From NCBI GenBank assembly GCA_964016885.1, contig OZ024763.1:10540001-10604000 (forward strand): a stretch of 64,000 bases of DNA, in the 5' to 3' direction. Each line of letters starts with the position of its first letter. Position 1 is the stretch's first letter. Made by a program: the position numbers and the translations under genes. Of this stretch, positions 57,681-64,000 are shown piece after piece. Below the pieces are notes generated by a model. The model had not been told where the DNA came from. It searched no databases and saw only the letters and a program-made list of their open reading frames with translations. Origin of the DNA: Eledone cirrhosa (lineage: Eukaryota).

Positions 57681-58173
57681 GACTGACAGATGCACTAAAA
57701 GAGAGGTTTTAGGAGTTCCTAATGCAGACAACAGGACACCTCATCTAACCCATGCCAACATGGAAAAATGGACGTTAAACAGTGATGATGATGATGATGA
57801 TATATATATATATCATCATTATCATCATCATCATCAACAACAATATGTGCAGAGCAGACAAGGTGCTATTGTCATGGCAGCAGCAGTGTGGGATGGCAGG
57901 TGTCTGTCATTTTCAGCTTTCCATTCTTGTATGCCTGGGTTGGAATATACCAGGGGTGTGGGGTGAGGAGGGGAGTTGAACTAATATGCAAGTTGTGCAT
58001 GGAGAAAGTGGGTAGGGGTAGGGGTCTATTCTGGGATAGTTGTATGTAGGGGGAGGGGGGAAGGTTGGTGTAGATTAGTGCTTTCTACATGATTGGTTCG
58101 TTCTTGGTACAAAGGAGATGACACAGGATCAGGACCTCTGACCTCATGTTGCACTGCAGAAGACCTGCCTTCC

Positions 58174-58214
<41 letters not shown>

Positions 58215-58216
<2 letters not shown>

Positions 58217-58642
58217 ATCATCATCATCATCATCATTTTACGTCCGCTTCTTTTCCCTGCTTGCAAGGGTGGGACGGGTCCTATTCAACACAGCACCTCT
58301 CCACTTGTCACGGTCCTTCGTCATCTCCTCCGTGAGTTTCAGCAATCTGAGGTCTGCTCTCACCACCTCCGCCCATGTTTTTCATGGTCTTCCTCGACTA
58401 CATCTCCCTTCTACTGGGATTTCTTGGCACTTCTTTACCCATTGGTCATCCTCCAAGCACATCACATGTCCATACCATCGCAGCCTTCTCCCCCACACAC
58501 CACAACTTATCCCTCTTATACACAGTTTCTCTCTCAACTCGTCTGTGCTTGGTCATTCACGCACATTGACATTGCACATCCAATGGAGCATGCTTGCTTC
58601 ATTTCTCTCCAGCTGTCACATATCTTCCACAGTTGCTGCCCA
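58215..58642 (-). mobile_element. RTE family B LINE 3' fragment
   Basis: Reverse-complement homologue of 1521-1798, with (CAT)n on the + strand. Confidence 0.85.
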
Positions 58643-58740
58643 ATATGTGATGGGGTATTCAAAAAGGTCATGGAAAAATGAAATGGAAAGAAAACTATTT
58701 TATGTAAAAGATTTATTTCTCCACATAAACACCATCAACA

Positions 58741-59112
58741 TTAACCCTTTAGCATTCACATTACTCTATATATACTATTGTATTTTCACAGTAAAGACTT
58801 TACCTCACATAATATCTCACATAACATTTACATTACTCTATATATACTGTTATATTTTCATGGTAAAGGCTTTACCTCACATAATATCTCACATAACATT
58901 TACATTACTCTATATATACTATTTTATTTTCATGGTAAATGCTTTACCTCACATAATTATCTCACATAATATCAAATCTATGAGATTTTGAAAGTATTTA
59001 TTTTGAGAACAATACCTTACCATCAGTTTGAGTGACCAGTTACAGCCAGTTTCAACAGAAAAAGGTAGAGAATTCTGGCCGGTTTTGGCCGGTTTGAACA
59101 TTAAAGAGTTAA
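58741..59112. mobile_element. piggyBac-like MITE with TTAA target-site duplication
   Basis: TTAA at 58741-44 and 59109-12; imperfect TIRs CCCTTTAGCATTCACA / CTCTTTAATGTTCAAA; removing it restores the mariner C-terminus; ~3 internal 72-bp units. Confidence 0.82.
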
Positions 59113-59467
59113 GCCACTTTTATAAGTGATGATACCAGTAATTTATACTGTCCTGATAGTACTGAGAAGTTAACCATGTCAAACTTTACATCATTGAATA
59201 CATTAAAAATTCGTTTAAGTTTAGGAAATAAGAAAGAAATGAGAAAGTGCTAAATCAGGACTACAGAGTGGATGTCTAATGATTTCCCATCAAAATATTG
59301 CAATATTCCTCTTGTTTGATGAGAAGAATGGACAGGGGCATTGTCGTGGGGGAGAAGAACTCTTTGATGAAGTTTTCCAGAATGCTTTTCTGCTAAACTC
59401 TTGACTAATTTTCTCAAAACTATTTCATAATAAGGAGATTTTACTATTTTACTTCCCTCTCAGAATT

Positions 59468-59836
59468 CATCATCATCATCATCATCATCATCACCGTTGT
59501 ATGTCCATTCTTCCACGCTAGCATGGATCGGATGGGTTGTCCTGTTGTGGGCAATGCCAGGTCAGGTGACCATGCCTTGCTCATATGGGAACTGATTCTG
59601 GCTTGATTTCTACAGCTGGATGCCCTTCCTAATACCAACCTCATTTTACGGTGAGTACTGGGTGCTTTTTTACCGTGGCACCTACAGGACCACTTTACAG
59701 AGTGGACTGGGTGCTTTTTGTCATGACACCTACATGACCACTTAACAGTGGGAGGGTGGGTGGGAGAATACTGTCTATATGCTTCAGCTTTGGCTTGTAC
59801 CCGGTGGGGGTCGGATCTTCTGTATTACTGCGTAAT
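59468..59836 (-). mobile_element. RTE family A 3' UTR fragment inserted in the mariner
   Basis: Homologue of 6205-6526. Confidence 0.85.
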
Positions 59837-60879
59837 GCCAGCTAACAAAATGCCCTCAGCTTCCCAAAAGACTGTTGCTATAACCTTTCCTCCTGAACAG
59901 TTAGTTCATTCTTGCTTTGATCAGACCCTTTCCACCTTTGGGTAACCATTGCTTTAACTGAGCTTTGTCTTCAGGATTGTAAAGATAAAACCATGTTTCA
60001 TCTCCAGTCACCATTCACTCCAGAAAGCCTTCTGGATTTGGATCCTATTTGTTTAACATTTCGAAAGAAAGCTCTGTTCTTGTTTGCTCAGTCTTGGTAC
60101 CCAGTACTCAGCTTTAATTTATCACTTAAAATTGTTCCAACTGAACCAACCAAGATGTCTCAGATGTGAGCTATTTTTTCTGCTATTAATCATTGGTCTC
60201 CATCAATTAAATCTTGAACAACATCGATATTTTCTTCACAAAACTGATGTTGAGGTCCTCTCGGTCTGTTCATCATTGTCAACTCTGTATTGTCCTTTGA
60301 AACTAGTTATTCATTTATAAATTGCTGATGTTTTAAGAGAAGTATCTCCATAAACATTTCTCAAAGCTTCAATAATATCCTTTTTCTTCCAACCAAGTTT
60401 TACCATAAATTTAATGTTGGTTCTTGCTTCAGTTTTGACAGAACACATGTTGCTTTAAAGGTGCTGCTTTCTTAAATGGTGTAAATTTCAAATTATTGTT
60501 TGAAATTACTTCCAGATCATACAGGTTAGAACAGGTATGTACATGTTTAAGTAGCAAAATATTTGCATAGTCTTTCTATAAAAGACATTTTACACACACA
60601 TACATACATATACATATCTGTGTGTGTATGTGTGTGTGATAAATGACTGACAAGTTTCAAAATGCCGGTACAATGCAATAGAAATATATAAAGGTCAAAG
60701 GATGACAAATAAAACAAAACAAAGTAACGTTTTACCCAGTATATTTCAACATATTTCAAGGTTAATACCTTCTTTTCAAATGTGAAATGGAAACAGCTCA
60801 AAACAAAAATGGACAATCGATATGTTATTCCTTAACTGGTCTATGTGTCTGAAATATGCTTGTGTAGAGCTGTTATAGT

Positions 60880-62010
60880 ATATGATGGCATCCACCACGC
60901 GCTCAAGCGTAGTTATCACAAGATCCTGCATGTGTTTAGCACAGATGTGACTTTTCAGGCTGACAAGAGTCCTATGTTCTCTGACATGGATGTTACAGAC
61001 ATGGCCTTTGGCAACAAGAATCGATGGCTGGTTGCCATATACTTTCTTGAGCCACCTCAGTGTAGACCCAAGATTAAATGAAAACACTGCTGGTGAAAGT
61101 GCTCTAATTGTTTTAGATACTTCCGGTAAGTAACCCACATCTCACAAGCATACAGTAAAGATGACAATACACAAGTCATGTAAACCTTAACTTTAGTATC
61201 AATAGAGATACCTTGCTTGGACCATACAGGCTTTTCTAACCTTCCAAAGGCTAGTGAGGTTCACAATACATTTAAGGTAATGCCAAGATATTCAAACCTA
61301 TCCCCCACCTGGAATTTCTGATTATACACTCTTATGTCAAGTTCTACATATAGTTTTACTTGTGTTGGTCAGTACATGGCTACAGTCTTTTTTAAGTTGA
61401 TTGTTAAATCAAGTGCAGAACACACACTACTGAAGGAGTCCACTGGGTGCTGCATATCTTCATGTGTATGGACAATAAGATCGCAGTCATCTACATACAG
61501 AAATTCTCTCAACAGTGAGTATATGATCTTTGGATAGGAACCAAAGCATCTTATTTTGAAAATCTTCCCAGATGTACGAAACCTGATGTATATTCCATGT
61601 TGACAGTCTTTAAATGCCTTTAAAATTCCCCTGCAAAGAGTGTTGGTGCTGTTACGTCACCCAGTTTAAAGTCATTTCTTACCACATTAGGTTCCAACAC
61701 ACTTCCACCAATATTCACTCAGGTTTTCATGAAATTGGCACAGGATTGCCAAGAATGTGTCTGGGCAGTCAATCTTTCCAAGAATTTTCCAAAGTGCCTT
61801 TGTGCAGTCAATAGACACTTGAAACACATCTACTCTTGTTTCACACACTTTTCCCGAAGCTGTCTAGCCAAAAATATCATGTCCACTGGGCCTCAGGCTT
61901 GTCTAAAACCACATTGGGATTCTGAAAGAGCATCATCAGCAATGAGTAAGATAAGTCTGTTAAGTATAACACAACACAGAACCTTTCCAGCCATTGACAG
62001 AAGTGCCAAT
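60880..62010 (-). pseudogene. RTE (BovB-like) LINE RT fragment, heavily decayed
   Basis: LLSMAGKVL..ILNRL...SESQCGFR, DMIFLARQLREKC, LLREFLYVDDCDL, WVTYRKYLKQLEHFHQ. Confidence 0.82.
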
Positions 62011-62738
62011 AAAATAACAGTGCTCCAGCATGGCCACAGTCTTGTGACTGAAGCCAGTAAAAGAATGTGGTGCCCCAGCATGGCCAGAGTCTAATGACTG
62101 AAGCCAGTAAAATAACAGTGCTCCAGCATGGCCACGGTCTTAAGACTGAAGCCAGTAAAATAACAGTGCTCCAGCATGGCCTCAGTCTTATGACTGAAGC
62201 CAGTAAAATAACAGTGCTCCAGCATGGCCACAGTCTTATGACTGAAGCCAGTAAAATAACAGTGCTCCAGCATGGCCTCAGTCTTATGACTGAAGCCAGT
62301 AAAATAACAGTGCTCCAGCATGGCCACAGTCTAATGACTGAAGCCAGTAAAATAACAGTGCTCCAGCATGGCCTCAGTCTTATGACTGAAACCAGTAAAA
62401 TAACAGTGCTCCAGCATGGCCACAGTCTTATGACTGAAGCCAGTAAAATAACAGTGCTCCAGCATGGCCACAGTCTTAAGACTGAAACCAGTAAAATAAC
62501 AGTGCTCCAGCATGGCCACAGTCTTAAGACTGAAGCCAGTAAAATAACAGTGCTCCAGCATGGCCACAGTCTTAAGACTGAAACCAGTAAAATAACAGTG
62601 CTCCAGCATGGCCACAGTCTTAAGACTGAAACCAGTAAAAACAGTGCTCCAGCATGGCCACAGTCTTAAGACTGAAACCAGTAAAATAACAGTGCTCCAG
62701 CATGGCCACAGTCTTAAGACTGAAACCAGTAAAAACAG
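62010..62738. repeat. 48-bp minisatellite, ~15 units
   Basis: AAATAACAGTGCTCCAGCATGGCCACAGTCTTAWGACTGAARCCAGTA. Confidence 0.95.
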
Positions 62739-62837
62739 TTTATAAAAGCAAGAAATATAAATCAGACCAGAATATATGACGTCATCAGTGTGGAATCCTT
62801 AAACAGAGGTAAAGACAGCACTGGAGTACATTCCTAG

Positions 62838-62871
<34 letters not shown>

Positions 62872-62878
62872 CACACAC

Positions 62879-62909
<31 letters not shown>

Positions 62910-62932
62910 TATATATAGACACACACACACAC

Positions 62933-62983
<51 letters not shown>

Positions 62984-63028
62984 GACACACACACACACAC
63001 ACATATATATAGACACACACACACACAC

Positions 63029-63071
<43 letters not shown>

Positions 63072-63086
63072 GACACACACACACAC

Positions 63087-63119
<33 letters not shown>

Positions 63120-63128
63120 TATATATAG

Positions 63129-63191
<63 letters not shown>

Positions 63192-63222
63192 TATAGACAC
63201 ACACACACACACACACATATAT

Positions 63223-63253
<31 letters not shown>

Positions 63254-63345
63254 CACACACACACATATATACACACACACACACATATATATATATACAC
63301 ACACACACACATATATATAGACACACACACACACATATATATATA

Positions 63346-63397
<52 letters not shown>

Positions 63398-63477
63398 CAC
63401 ACACACACACATATATATGTGTATAAATACTTCCGTCTGGCTGATCTAAGAATAGTTTAGTAATATATCACTATATA

Positions 63478-63535
<58 letters not shown>

Positions 63536-63684
63536 AGAGAGAGAGGGGAGAGAGAGAGAGAATTACTCTTTTACCTGTTCCAGCCGACAAGCTAAGACCA
63601 TGCTGGAGCATTATACATATATGTTTTAATTACAGCATCACCAGACAGCCACATCTGTGCTTTTGAGTATATATATATATAAAT

Positions 63685-63716
<32 letters not shown>

Positions 63717-63756
63717 CTATATGTGAAGTTAAATGATGGTGATGATATATATATAT

Positions 63757-63820
<64 letters not shown>
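62838..63820. repeat. Compound (CA)n(TA)n microsatellite region
   Basis: Direct reading; interrupted at 63425-63670. Confidence 0.93.
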
Positions 63821-63823
<3 letters not shown>

Positions 63824-64000
63824 GCGATAAATTAACGGAGCCATAGGCCCTCGTTATTCCCTGTCAATAATGTGCTCAAAGGGGAAGAGATCCTGAGCCC
63901 TTTAAAATACAATATGTTGAAAAGGTAACACACCAGAGAGAGATATACAGTGCGCTATCAATAAAACAGGGAAAAAAACCACCAGTGTATGGAATCTATA

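Larger units (their letters stand above)
58647..60590 (-). mobile_element. Decayed mariner (Hsmar2/irritans-like) with two nested insertions
   Basis: TIR-like GGGGTATTCAAAAAGGTCATGGAAAAATG; reverse-strand peptides EARTNIKFMVKLGWK, TGDETW, VIATVFWEAEGIL, GKLHQRVLL.HDNAP.HSSHQTR, IIRHP..SPDLA, DGVYVEK*. Confidence 0.88.

Overview
Eukaryotic, AT-rich and almost entirely repetitive window with no recognisable host gene. The SINE, RTE-LINE and microsatellite complement resembles coleoid cephalopod (octopus-like) genomes; this is an inference from family recognition, not a search. The core is a heterochromatin-like block. A degenerate 7-mer array (TATAGTR/YACTATA, ~4.4-12.0 kb and ~36.5-45.4 kb) encloses a ~10-bp-periodic satellite with a ~1.27-1.34 kb higher-order repeat (11981-27551), a 200-N gap and a 61-bp satellite (27752-36540) that ends in a fold-back inversion. 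The flanks hold decayed RTE-clade LINEs, Meta-type and CORE-type tRNA SINEs, an internally deleted DD37D (maT) Tc1/mariner, an Hsmar2-like mariner carrying nested insertions, piggyBac-like TTAA MITEs and three TE-derived minisatellites. The most notable signal is at 50-56.4 kb: a Penelope GIY-YIG remnant, many fold-back palindromes and five minimal type I hammerhead ribozyme motifs within ~2.8 kb. Two of these carry a U3-A8 core in place of the canonical C3-G8. Nearly all listed ORFs are repeat artefacts.
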